Source of the DNA: Halorubrum virus HRTV-2
Sequence record: MZ334517.1
Length of the DNA: 24,000 nucleotides
Strand: one strand, 5' to 3'
Positions 8,248 through 16,670 of this stretch are shown here, one piece after another. The notes beneath the pieces are model-generated. The model was not told the origin of the DNA and searched no databases. It saw only the letters and a list, made by a program, of their open reading frames with translations. The first letter of the stretch is position 1, and each line of letters starts with the position of its first letter. The position numbers and the translations under genes were made by a program.

Positions 8248-8309
8248 TAGACCTCAGCCTCCTCGTTACCGAGCGATGCGACTATCTGTTCCGCGTACTT
8301 GTTGCTCAT
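8247..8309 (-). CDS. Putative 20-aa leader peptide MSNKYAEQIVASLGNEEAEV
   Basis: ATG at 8309 immediately after the conserved GGCGGGACACAACCT leader box; TAATG overlap with the 8247 start. Confidence 0.4.
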   Translation of the reverse strand: MSNKYAEQIVASLGNEEAEV

Positions 8310-8340
8310 AGGTTGTGTCCCGCCCCCGTTGGGCGGAGAG

Positions 8341-8387
8341 ACCGCCGCCGGGGAGTGACCCCGGACTGGTCGTTAGCCTTCGGCGGT
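8341..8387 (-). other. tRNA-like mini-element
   Basis: Minus strand ACCGCCG - AAGGCTAACGACCAGT - CCGGG GTCACTC CCCGG - CGGCGGT: 7-bp acceptor-like stem, 5-bp/7-nt T-arm-like hairpin; upstream gene's TAA stop lies in the linker. Confidence 0.55.
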
Positions 8388-8537
8388 GGTTTCGAGCCGG
8401 TCTTTCGCACAAGACCGACAGGCGAACTTCGAGGACGGGTTCACGCCGTTGGCGCGTGTCCAGCCCCCGGTTCGCGGGTCTCGCCGGATGGGGAGACCGT
8501 TGATTCGAGGCCCGCCACAGAAGTCACACTCGTTCAT
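8373..8537 (-). CDS. Small zinc-finger-like protein, 54 aa (not in ORF track)
   Basis: Manual translation MNECDFCGGPRINGLPIRRDPRTGGWTRANGVNPSSKFACRSCAKDRLETTAEG. Confidence 0.65.
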   Translation of the reverse strand: MNECDFCGGPRINGLPIRRDPRTGGWTRANGVNPSSKFACRSCAKDRLETTAEG

Positions 8538-8776
8538 GTGCCCTCGATGCGGTCGGCGGCCTCGCGCAGTTCTTCCACGATGCGTTCTGCGTCGTCGGGG
8601 CCTCGCTCCAGCCCGGTCGCCATCTCCCGCGCTCTGTCGGGGGACAAGTGCTGGTGCGTTTCGCCCTGCTCGTAGACGACTGTCGCCGTCTCGTCGTCGG
8701 TGTAGACCCGGATGGGGCCATCACCGAGTTTAAGCGACCAGTCCGGGTCGTCAGCGAAGCCGAAGTCATCACCCAT
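8534..8776 (-). CDS. Hypothetical protein, 80 aa
   Basis: ORF in tightly packed minus-strand series. Confidence 0.7.
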   Translation of the reverse strand: MGDDFGFADDPDWSLKLGDGPIRVYTDDETATVVYEQGETHQHLSPDRAREMATGLERGPDDAERIVEELREAADRIEGT

Positions 8777-8782
8777 GAAGGC

Positions 8783-10147
8783 TTAGGCGGCCTCCTCGCC
8801 CTCGTCGGTTTCGGTCTCGCCGCCAGCGGTGACGAGCATCGTGCGGAGTTCTTCCTGCCGCGTCTCGAACTCGTCGCGCTGGTGGCTGATGTTCTGCTCG
8901 AACTTCTCGACCGCCGCGGAGTACGAGAACTCATCGAGTTCTCCCTCGCCCTCGGCTTCACGGCGGCGACGCTCGGCGAACTGCTCGGCCCGAGCATCGA
9001 CCGTGTTGATGGCCTGCGCCGGGTTCATCACCATGTCGTTCGAGGCGTTCACGAGGTCGTTGAGGCGGCTCGTGTTCTCACCACCGCGGTAGTGGTGGGT
9101 GATGGCGTAGGTCGCGCCGGAGTGGAGTTCCCACATCGTGGGGAGGAACTGGTTCTCGGCGCGGCTCCGAACGTTCGAGGCGGCTTCACGGGCGAGGTAG
9201 GTCGGGAACCCGGCCATCTCGAACCACGCCTGAAGGTCGTCGTTGTGGCCCGTGACTTCCGAGAACTCGAAGTCGAGGTAGTCCACTTCGATGTTGTTCG
9301 CTTCCTCGATGACCTCGGCGAGCCGGTCGGTCATCAAGTCCATCTCGGCGAGGATGTCGTCCCACCACTCGCGGGTTTCGGACGGCTCGCCAACGTGCCG
9401 CCGGGTCTTCTCCTCCGTGATGTTGCGGATGGAGTTCTGACAGTAGCGGTCTTGGGCGAAGCCTTCCGCGTAGAGGGCCGTTCCGCCGAAGTAGTCGTAC
9501 CCCGTGCGGATGCCGAGCAGGATGGGGCCGCCCTCGGTGTCGTCGCCGATGTCGATGCTGAAGGCGTCGAACAAGAGTTCCATGTGAACTTCTCCGCCGC
9601 CTTTGTAGGTGCGAACCTCACCGAACACCGCGTCGCCGAGGTCTTCATCACGAAGCGCCTGCTCCAGCGGCTCGTAGAAGTCCATCGGGTTGACGATGGT
9701 GTAGTCGGTGGTCGGGACGTGCCACAGAGGGTCACGCCACTGGTTGTTGTTCTCTTTGCGGAACTCGCCCTGTACCCACTCCGTCATCTTGTCGGGCGAA
9801 ACGACCGACTGGAAGCGGTCGGTAGCGATGAAGATGTCGCCCTGTGCCGTCTCGAAGGCTTCGACCCCATCGGGCGAGTCCTCGTTGATGGTGTCCACGT
9901 CGAGGCGGTTGGCGACCTGCTCGGGCACCTTCCAAGCGTTGGTCGTCGGCTCGGCGCGTTCGAGGCCCCGAAGGGCCGTCGCCAGCGAAGTCTCCGGCAT
10001 GTCGTCCGGGTAGACCTCGGTGCCGAGGTTGCCCGTGTAATCCACAGAGGCGGCCTGCTGTGCCTTCTCCGAGAGTTCCACGTTGTTGTGGCGGGTGAGT
10101 CCTGCGAACTGTACCACGTCGTCGGGTTTCGTGCTTCGTCGGGGCAT
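8783..10147 (-). CDS. DUF932-like phage/plasmid protein, 454 aa
   Basis: TDRFQSVVSPDKM, YTIVNPMDFYEPLEQAL...FGEVRTYKGGGEVHMELLF...GPILLGIRTGYDYFGG..., QDRYCQNSI have the layout of DUF932 proteins. Confidence 0.65.
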   Translation of the reverse strand: MPRRSTKPDDVVQFAGLTRHNNVELSEKAQQAASVDYTGNLGTEVYPDDMPETSLATALRGLERAEPTTNAWKVPEQVANRLDVDTINEDSPDGVEAFETAQGDIFIATDRFQSVVSPDKMTEWVQGEFRKENNNQWRDPLWHVPTTDYTIVNPMDFYEPLEQALRDEDLGDAVFGEVRTYKGGGEVHMELLFDAFSIDIGDDTEGGPILLGIRTGYDYFGGTALYAEGFAQDRYCQNSIRNITEEKTRRHVGEPSETREWWDDILAEMDLMTDRLAEVIEEANNIEVDYLDFEFSEVTGHNDDLQAWFEMAGFPTYLAREAASNVRSRAENQFLPTMWELHSGATYAITHHYRGGENTSRLNDLVNASNDMVMNPAQAINTVDARAEQFAERRRREAEGEGELDEFSYSAAVEKFEQNISHQRDEFETRQEELRTMLVTAGGETETDEGEEAA

Positions 10148-10200
10148 AGGTTGTGTCCCGCCGTCTTTGTTTTAGGACGCAGGCGAGGGTTCGTCCGATG

Positions 10201-10243
10201 AGGCGTCGGGGTCGTGAACCCCGTGGAGTCTTACTCTACGCCT
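10201..10243 (-). other. tRNA-like mini-element
   Basis: Minus strand AGGCGT - AGAGTAAGACTCCA - CGGGG TTCACGA CCCCG - ACGCCT; linker can form GAG-TAAGA-CTC; TAA is the stop codon of the upstream gene. Confidence 0.6.
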
Positions 10244-10437
10244 TCACAGCACTCGTCGGCTACCTGCTTGCTGAAATAGCAGGAACAGCACTTCTCGCAC
10301 TCGTATTGTGGGTCACTTATTCGGGACGGGGTGCCTAACCCCACGAGGATGGGCGGCATCACGATGAGGAGAAATACCCCACCAACGACGGCCAGCCCGC
10401 CGAGAATAGCGGATTCGAGGGTCACGGATGACCACAC
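10231..10437 (-). CDS. Membrane-associated Cys-rich small protein, 68 aa
   Basis: One hydrophobic helix (ILGGLAVVGGVFLLIVMPPILVGL) followed by CEKCCSC...CC. Confidence 0.7.
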   Translation of the reverse strand: MWSSVTLESAILGGLAVVGGVFLLIVMPPILVGLGTPSRISDPQYECEKCCSCYFSKQVADECCEGVE

Positions 10438-10601
10438 TCCCCGTCGATGTGACGCCGGACAGTCGCCTCCTTCCGTTCGAGCATGAAGGCTATGTCAGCC
10501 GGGGTTCGGCCCGCGAAGCGAAGGTGCCGCATCGCCTCGCACTCGTGGTAGCCGACGTAGTTCTCTTTGACCTCCGCCGGAGTTCGAGTATCAGTAGTCA
10601 T
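10422..10601 (-). CDS. Small HTH-like protein, 59 aa (not in ORF track)
   Basis: Manual translation MTTDTRTPAEVKENYVGYHECEAMRHLRFAGRTPADIAFMLERKEATVRRHIDGECGHP. Confidence 0.55.
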   Translation of the reverse strand: MTTDTRTPAEVKENYVGYHECEAMRHLRFAGRTPADIAFMLERKEATVRRHIDGECGHP

Positions 10602-10843
10602 AGGCTCTCACCCTGTTGAGACTCTGTATAGAACTCGGCGGGGTCATCGGGTTTTAGCCCGAGTATCACAGAACGATTTACTACCGGGAGTCGTACTGTG
10701 AGAGACCTGTAGATTCCTCTCGGTGTGATGATGCTCCGGTACTTGAACCCCGGAGAGTACCGAGGGGTGCGTTTCACCATACGAACCGACGGCTTCGGGA
10801 ACTTCATGCGTGCCTCTTGCTCCAGTTCACGTACTCCGCCCAC
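10598..10843 (-). CDS. Basic hypothetical protein, 81 aa
   Basis: ORF; overlaps neighbouring starts and stops. Confidence 0.6.
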   Translation of the reverse strand: MGGVRELEQEARMKFPKPSVRMVKRTPRYSPGFKYRSIITPRGIYRSLTVRLPVVNRSVILGLKPDDPAEFYTESQQGESL

Positions 10844-11280
10844 TCCTCGCTGAAGCGGCGGTAGTTACGCGACTTCTTATTGAACGCCTCGATGGTGTCC
10901 AGTTCTTCGTCTGTCCAGCCCGACTTCAGGGCTTTCTGTCGGTCGCGGAGATACGGCCACGCAGTTACCGCGATGCGATAGCCGTCGAGATGAAACCCCG
11001 CGAGGAACCAGTATTCCACGCCGTCGCCGTTGCGAGTCCACGAGAAGGCCGCACAGCCGTCGCCGTTGTCCTTCAAGTCACCCTCGACAATACAGCGGGC
11101 GATGACCTCGCCATCGAGGAACCGCTCGGACTCTTTCATCCGCTGGCGGAAATGCGAGCAGACGTGGTACGCCTCGGGCTGGTGGGGGTAATCGCTCGGG
11201 TGAAACCGCCGGGCGCGGTCGATGGGGATGACTTGCTTGCCAACCTCATCGGGGTGAATCATGGATTCACTGACCGCCAA
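10804..11280 (-). CDS. Hypothetical protein, 158 aa
   Basis: ORF; no recognised family. Confidence 0.7.
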   Translation of the reverse strand: MAVSESMIHPDEVGKQVIPIDRARRFHPSDYPHQPEAYHVCSHFRQRMKESERFLDGEVIARCIVEGDLKDNGDGCAAFSWTRNGDGVEYWFLAGFHLDGYRIAVTAWPYLRDRQKALKSGWTDEELDTIEAFNKKSRNYRRFSEEWAEYVNWSKRHA

Positions 11281-11566
11281 TTGGAATCACCTCTGCGTCC
11301 GGGTCGAGCATCGCTCGCTCGATGAGCAGTCTGATGCCGATGCCTTCGCCCATCATCTCGGCGACCATCGCGTCGTTCTCAGCCCGCCGCGCGAGGCCCG
11401 GAGAGAGGCCACCGACCGCCGTCGTGCGTCGCTCGCTTTCGCCAGCGAACTGGATGTAAGCCCTGTCAGGCACTTGGTCGAGGTCGGTGTTCTCCGAGTC
11501 CGTCACATCGAAGCCGTTGATACCGTGGATGTACGCCGCAACTTCGTCCGTCATTTGGTTGTTCAT
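11267..11566 (-). CDS. Hypothetical protein, 99 aa
   Basis: ORF preceded by leader box ATACAACCTTCCAACT-ATG. Confidence 0.75.
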   Translation of the reverse strand: MNNQMTDEVAAYIHGINGFDVTDSENTDLDQVPDRAYIQFAGESERRTTAVGGLSPGLARRAENDAMVAEMMGEGIGIRLLIERAMLDPDAEVIPIGGQ

Positions 11567-11602
11567 AGTTGGAAGGTTGTATCCCGCCCCGTTGGCGGGG
11601 AG

Positions 11603-11645
11603 GACACCGGGCGGGACTCGAACCCGCCGCCGCCCTGTCGGTGTC
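11603..11645 (-). other. tRNA-like mini-element
   Basis: Minus strand GACACCG - ACAGGGCGGC - GGCGGG TTCGAGT CCCGCC - CGGTGTC: 7-bp acceptor-like stem, 6-bp T-stem, canonical T-loop. Confidence 0.6.
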
Positions 11646-11664
11646 GGTCGCTTACTCCCTACTC

Positions 11665-11696
11665 AAAGAATAGAGTCGTGGAGTATTAATTCTTTC
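11665..11696. promoter_or_regulatory. Inverted AAAGAAT boxes (CAAAGAATAGAG...GTATTAATTCTTT)
   Basis: 7-bp mirrored AAAGAAT/ATTCTTT ends upstream of the 11566 gene. Confidence 0.45.
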
Positions 11697-11705
11697 TGCG
11701 AAGAA

Positions 11706-12614
11706 CTACCCGTTAATGGCCTCCTCGGCGGCGTCTCGTAGGTCTTCGATTTCCTGCCGGGTCTCCGACGAGATGGGGGCGTGGCCCGCCGCGTCCTTCA
11801 CCGCCTTCAGACGGCGGTAGTACGCCTCGAAGCCGTCGTACATCTCCTCCGAGATGTCACGGGAGCCGAAGGCGTCGCGGATGGCCGAGCGAACGGTCGT
11901 CCCCTTCGGGGCGTCTCGAATCTCGATGACGACGCCGCGGATGTCCTCGTTGCTCAGGTCGTTGACCGGGCCGAAGTCGGCCTCGTCGGTGAAGATGGGC
12001 GTGTTGATGTGGCCGAAGAAGTCCATCAGCATCGCCAGTTCGTTCACGCCGCAGTGGCAGTAGGGGCAGAACTCCATCGAGTCGGCGAAGCGAGACGTGA
12101 CGCTGAACGCCGTGCGGATGTCGTGCTTCTGGTCGCTGTGGCTGTGGTTCAGGCCGCAGACCGGGCACTCGAAGCCGGAGACGCTGGCCGACTTCACCAT
12201 CCCCTGCGCCTGCTGAAGGATGCTCGCCAGTTCGGGGTTCACGTCTTCTGCCTCCGTGATGGCGTCGCCGAAGTCGAGGTCGTTCCGCATCGTGTGGTCG
12301 CCGAGGCTCCAGTGGGTGGACTGGAAGCCAGCCGTGAACTCATCGACGGTCGTCGCCCGCTCCAAGAACGGGTAGACGAAGGACTCCTCGACCTCATCTG
12401 TCACGTCGTTGATGTCCTCGGCGTCGGCCTCGTAGTAACCAGACTCACCGAGTTCCTGCGGCTCGACGGTGATGTCCACGAAGGGGTAGTCGTACCGGAG
12501 GTCTTCGGCCACGTCTTCAGCCTCCTCCTCGCTAAGGAACACGTCGTATTCGTCGCCCTCGAACAGCACCACGTACTCGAACTCGCCGCCGTTGTTGTCG
12601 TTGTTGTCGTTCAT
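11706..12614 (-). CDS. Acidic protein with zinc-ribbon-like CPVC...CPYC, 302 aa
   Basis: ORF; FECPVCGLNHSHS...MEFCPYCHCG. Confidence 0.8.
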   Translation of the reverse strand: MNDNNDNNGGEFEYVVLFEGDEYDVFLSEEEAEDVAEDLRYDYPFVDITVEPQELGESGYYEADAEDINDVTDEVEESFVYPFLERATTVDEFTAGFQSTHWSLGDHTMRNDLDFGDAITEAEDVNPELASILQQAQGMVKSASVSGFECPVCGLNHSHSDQKHDIRTAFSVTSRFADSMEFCPYCHCGVNELAMLMDFFGHINTPIFTDEADFGPVNDLSNEDIRGVVIEIRDAPKGTTVRSAIRDAFGSRDISEEMYDGFEAYYRRLKAVKDAAGHAPISSETRQEIEDLRDAAEEAING

Positions 12615-12666
12615 TTTCGGTTGTGTCCCGCCGTCATTTGTAGTGCGCCCAACGGGTTGGCGCGAA

Positions 12667-12711
12667 ACGCAGTCGGGGTCGTGAACCCCGAGGGGTCTTA
12701 GCCTACTGCGT
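12667..12711 (-). other. tRNA-like mini-element
   Basis: Minus strand ACGCAGT - AGGCTAAGACCCCT - CGGGG TTCACGA CCCCG - ACTGCGT: perfect 7-bp acceptor-like stem and 5-bp T-arm-like hairpin. Confidence 0.65.
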
Positions 12712-13400
12712 CAGACCGGAGTGACCGTCACTCCCCACATCGCTCGGGCTATGAACTCCATCTCGGCGTTGGTGAGCCGGTAGCGCACCCCGTCCACCGT
12801 GAGTTCACGCTCCATCTCGCTCGGCGCGTTGCCGAAGCGCACCTGATACGCCTTCTCCGTGGAACCGGGGGCCACCGACGACCCCACGACCCGGCGGCTC
12901 GTCGTGTCCGGGTGGTAGAACTTCCGCGACCACGTTAGGAGCAGGTGGCCGTTGAGGAGCCAGCCGTCGCCGTTCACCTCAACGTGGCCCGCAAAGGGCG
13001 GCTGTTCGGCCAGCACGTCGATGACCCGCCGCCGCACCCGGCCTTCACGAACGTTGTCGTAGAGCCGGATGATGGGGGTGGGGTCGTCGCCGTCGGCTTC
13101 TTCGTAGACCTCGATGAGAGCATCCACGAGTTTCGTCTTCAGGTGAACCCCGAGGTGAAGGGGGTCGTAGTCGCCGATGCGGATGGTGTAGTTCTCCGCC
13201 GCGTCGTCAGGCTGAACTGTAACCTGCGGGTGTTCTTCGCACTCCCCGAAGATGAGGATTTCATCACCCCGGCGGAGCAGGCCCCATAGGCCGTGGTCGA
13301 ACAGCAGGCGATTCAGGGGAGACAGCGGGACGAGTTCGATTTCACCGTCGTCGTTCTCCACGAGCAGGTTGGCGTCGTTCTTGTCGAGTAGTTTAGGCAT
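12711..13400 (-). CDS. Hypothetical protein, 229 aa
   Basis: ORF; acidic. Confidence 0.8.
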   Translation of the reverse strand: MPKLLDKNDANLLVENDDGEIELVPLSPLNRLLFDHGLWGLLRRGDEILIFGECEEHPQVTVQPDDAAENYTIRIGDYDPLHLGVHLKTKLVDALIEVYEEADGDDPTPIIRLYDNVREGRVRRRVIDVLAEQPPFAGHVEVNGDGWLLNGHLLLTWSRKFYHPDTTSRRVVGSSVAPGSTEKAYQVRFGNAPSEMERELTVDGVRYRLTNAEMEFIARAMWGVTVTPV

Positions 13401-13494
13401 TTTGCTCCTCCCACTCGAACAGCGAGTGGTAATTCGCGGGGTCGATGTGTTCGTGCGGCTTGCCGGGCTTGTAGGTGGGTTCAGGTAGGTTCAT
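13393..13494 (-). CDS. Small protein MNLPEPTYKPGKPHEHIDPANYHSLFEWEEQNA, 33 aa
   Basis: Internal ATG at 13494 overlaps the ATPase stop region; the longer upstream ORF part looks spurious. Confidence 0.5.
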   Translation of the reverse strand: MNLPEPTYKPGKPHEHIDPANYHSLFEWEEQNA

Positions 13495-13495
13495 C

Positions 13496-16294
13496 TCACT
13501 CCTCCAGTAGTTCAGCGACGAGGCCAGCGCGGCCAACGAACTCCTGCGCCTCATCGGGTTCGAGGTCGGTCGGGTCGAGGCCCGCCTCGTGGAAGCCGAG
13601 CAGGATGCCCTGAACCACGCCGTCGCGCTTCTGGTTGTGGAACAGTCGGTAGACATCGCTGTTGTTGCTCCACTCGGGGGTCTTCGCCTTCGTCTCCAAC
13701 TTCTTGAAGTCCGAAGACGAGATGTGCTTGAAGTTCAGGCCGCACGAGCCGTAGTAGTGGCTCGAACCAACGCGAAGGCCGACGATGCTTTCGCGGTTGG
13801 GGAACTCCTTACGGAGCGCGTACTCGGCTCGCTTCAGGGTGCGACTGTCGGCCACGGCCAGCAACACGTCGGGCTTCTCCGCGGGGTCGTTCCAGTAGAC
13901 CTCGCCCTGCGTGTAGTCGGCGACGAGCCGCCGAAGGCGGCTGTGGTAGCCGTCGGTCATCAAGAGTTCGCGGTGCTTTCGGGCGGTGACGTAGACCAGA
14001 GCGACGAAGCGGTCGTCGTCGTTGAGTTGGGCGGGGGTCATCGCGCCGTCTTCGGTTGCGATGGCCGCCGTCTCACTCCACGACTTGAACTCCTCGAAGG
14101 TGAACACCCGGTCGTAGTCTTTCAGGGCCTCATACTCGGCGTTAGTCGCCGAGGCGATGGCGGCGTGACGCTGAAGGTCGTAGTGGTCGCTGATGGATTC
14201 GCCGGAGCGAAGGAACAGCACGACGTTCTTGTGGCCGCCGATGTTGCCGTTGCCTTCGAGCGTCTTTTTGACCCGCTCGATGGAGAGCCGCTGGTCGATT
14301 TGCTTGTTCCGATTATTCGTGCGGAACTTCAGGACGCGCTCATCGACCGTCTGCGGCTTCGACTTCTTCTTGTCCGACCGCTGTTGCCGCTTCTTGTGGC
14401 GGTCGTGAACCGACTGCGGAACGGTGAAGTCGTGGTCGTCGCTCTGTTCGAGCGGGACTTCCTTCAGGAGTTTGAACCCGAAGTTCTCCTCGTACTCCTC
14501 GTACTTTCGGGCACTGCCGGTCACGATGACGGCGGCGTCGCTGAACGTCTCGTAGACGACCTTATACTGGTCGCCGAAGTTGCCGCCCGTCGAGGCGGCC
14601 ATAAAGACGTGCGACGGGTCGCTCTTTGCGAGGATGTCCCCGAGGTACGTCTCGCTTCGGGACTTCTTTTTCCGCGGCGAGTAGGTGTTTCGCTTCGCGT
14701 GGTCAACCTCTTTGAATAAGAGGTAGACGCGCTCTGCCGTCTTGTCGTCGTAGTCCGGCGTGCCTTCGAGGTCACGAAGGAACGACTTGAAGTTGTGCGA
14801 CGACCGGAAGGTGCTGTACGACTTGTGGTACATCACCATCCGCTTGAAGACCTTCCAGTCGTCCGGGTACTGCTGGATGGCTTCAGCCGGGTGGTCGAGT
14901 TCATCCATCGCGTTGGCGATGTCGCTCACGACCTCGAACTCGGCCTGCTTCACCTGCTCGGAGAGCCAGTTGAAGAACGCCTTCGAGTGGCTGTCTTTCT
15001 GGAAGCGGTCACGGTCAACCGTCGGCTCCGGCAGGATGATGTCGTCGTCGTGAAGTTCGTCCACCTGACTGCGGTACTCACCCCGATGAGGCCCGGCGAT
15101 GATGCGGCCCTGCTCGTCGTGGATTTGGAGCGCGACCTTCCAGAAGGACTTCACCTTCTGCCCGGTGTTGCGGTCAATCTCCATCGAAACGAGCCACGTA
15201 TCGGGCGATTTGTGGCTGTCGGGGATGTTCGGGCCAGCGACCGCCGTGAACTCACCGGGCCGGTCGATGACGACCGGGGGGTTGTTGAACTTGTCCACGA
15301 AGGACTCGCCCCCGAACTCCTCCTTCACGATGGTCTGCCCCGAACGGTGTTCGCGGTACAGCATCGGAACGCGAAGCGCGGCTCCGAACTTCTTCGCCCA
15401 CGACTTGAACGACTTCAGGCTCACGGACTCTTGAATCGGGATGGTGAAGCGGGTGCCGTAGAAGTCGTCCACCTCGTCGTTGAGCAGGTCGTAGCCGCCG
15501 GGGTAGATGTAGGCCCGGTGGCCGTCGTTGTCGAAGTCCTGCTTCACGGCGGCGTCGTCGGGGAGTCGGGAGCGGGTTTCACCGACCATACCCCCCTCCA
15601 TCCCGGTCATAATGGCGAAGGTTCGCGCCCCCGCACCCCACTTGCCGCCCGTGTCGCCATCCACGGCGGCCCCGGAACGACCGAGGAAGTTGTACGCCCC
15701 GTCGAGTTCTTCGAGCGTCATCCCGATGCCGTTGTCCGTGAAGACGACCTTCCGCTCGTCGTGGTGAAGGTCAACCTCGATGGTGGGGTCGTAGCCGATA
15801 CTGCGAGCCGCCTCGACCACTTCGTGAAGGTGGCGGGGGACGGTAATCGTTTTCAAGTCGCCGGGGTCATCGGCATACCGCGCGAGAATCTTCTGCCGGT
15901 CGCCGTCCACAGCGACCGTCTCGCCCGTCTCTTTGTCCACCCATAGGGTGTGGTGAAGCCACTCCGCCCCGTAGTCGGGGTGGTTCTTCAGGGCGAGCCG
16001 GGCGGCCCGAAGGCCCGCGGTCTCTGCGTTTTGCGTGAACTCACGGAAGAACACCTCGTCGTCGCCGTAAATCTGGTCGGTGAAGACCTCCTTAATCCAG
16101 TCGGGGTCAACCTGAAGCGCCCGCGACCCAGTTCCACCGAGCGCGGCGGCTCGGGGGTCGTCGGAGTCGATGACGCCGAGGTTCTTCAGTTCGCCTTTGC
16201 CTTCGGCGGCACTCACGATGTCGCCGTCGTTCGGGATGGTCGCAACGTCGTTGTCTGCCTGTTCGGCCTGCGTCGGAAGGTTGTGTTCGCTCAT
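13496..16294 (-). CDS. Large GHKL (Bergerat-fold) ATPase, 932 aa
   Basis: EFTQNAETAG (N-box), VFTDNGIGMT (DxGxGM), GGKWGAGARTFAIMTG (G2 box); long C-terminal region of unknown function. Confidence 0.85.
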   Translation of the reverse strand: MSEHNLPTQAEQADNDVATIPNDGDIVSAAEGKGELKNLGVIDSDDPRAAALGGTGSRALQVDPDWIKEVFTDQIYGDDEVFFREFTQNAETAGLRAARLALKNHPDYGAEWLHHTLWVDKETGETVAVDGDRQKILARYADDPGDLKTITVPRHLHEVVEAARSIGYDPTIEVDLHHDERKVVFTDNGIGMTLEELDGAYNFLGRSGAAVDGDTGGKWGAGARTFAIMTGMEGGMVGETRSRLPDDAAVKQDFDNDGHRAYIYPGGYDLLNDEVDDFYGTRFTIPIQESVSLKSFKSWAKKFGAALRVPMLYREHRSGQTIVKEEFGGESFVDKFNNPPVVIDRPGEFTAVAGPNIPDSHKSPDTWLVSMEIDRNTGQKVKSFWKVALQIHDEQGRIIAGPHRGEYRSQVDELHDDDIILPEPTVDRDRFQKDSHSKAFFNWLSEQVKQAEFEVVSDIANAMDELDHPAEAIQQYPDDWKVFKRMVMYHKSYSTFRSSHNFKSFLRDLEGTPDYDDKTAERVYLLFKEVDHAKRNTYSPRKKKSRSETYLGDILAKSDPSHVFMAASTGGNFGDQYKVVYETFSDAAVIVTGSARKYEEYEENFGFKLLKEVPLEQSDDHDFTVPQSVHDRHKKRQQRSDKKKSKPQTVDERVLKFRTNNRNKQIDQRLSIERVKKTLEGNGNIGGHKNVVLFLRSGESISDHYDLQRHAAIASATNAEYEALKDYDRVFTFEEFKSWSETAAIATEDGAMTPAQLNDDDRFVALVYVTARKHRELLMTDGYHSRLRRLVADYTQGEVYWNDPAEKPDVLLAVADSRTLKRAEYALRKEFPNRESIVGLRVGSSHYYGSCGLNFKHISSSDFKKLETKAKTPEWSNNSDVYRLFHNQKRDGVVQGILLGFHEAGLDPTDLEPDEAQEFVGRAGLVAELLEE

Positions 16295-16325
16295 TTTTGG
16301 AAGGTTGTGTGTTGGTTGCGTCGCT

Positions 16326-16565
16326 CTACGCCTCGATGTCGTCCACCGACAGAACCATCGGCTCGTCGTCGGTGTCTATGGCGTTCTCTGCGGTGAAGAA
16401 CACGCCAATAGTCTCGTCGTCGTAGCGGTGGAAGTCGTAGAACTCCGTGTAGTTCTCGGCGTCGTCAAACGCTTCGTGAAACGCGACGAGGGCGTCTTCA
16501 CGGGTCGAAGCCTCGGTCAGCAAGGAGTAGCGGTACGGCATCTCGGGTGTGGTTGTGTCCATCAT
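16326..16565 (-). CDS. Hypothetical protein (MMDTTTPEMPYRYSLLTEAST...), about 79 aa
   Basis: Start chosen after the conserved leader rather than the track start at 16652. Confidence 0.65.
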   Translation of the reverse strand: MMDTTTPEMPYRYSLLTEASTREDALVAFHEAFDDAENYTEFYDFHRYDDETIGVFFTAENAIDTDDEPMVLSVDDIEA

Positions 16566-16670
16566 TTTCGGTCGAGTCCCGCCGTCTTCACGGGGTTGGG
16601 CACCCCGAAGAAATGAAGCGGGTAACGTTAATTCTTTCGCTATGCGTTTCACCCACTCGATGTGGGCAGG

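Noticed and set aside
8648-10201. Long plus-strand ORF (517 aa) antisense to the DUF932-like gene
   Set aside because: Val/Gly/His/Arg-rich composition typical of antisense shadow ORFs in high-GC haloarchaeal genes; the minus-strand frame is acidic and motif-bearing.
11781-12701. Plus-strand 306-aa ORF
   Set aside because: Shadow of the 302-aa minus-strand zinc-ribbon protein.
13589-15946. Plus-strand ORFs of 376 and 383 aa (13589..14719, 14795..15946)
   Set aside because: Antisense to the GHKL ATPase, whose motifs are clear; no recognisable domain in the plus frames.
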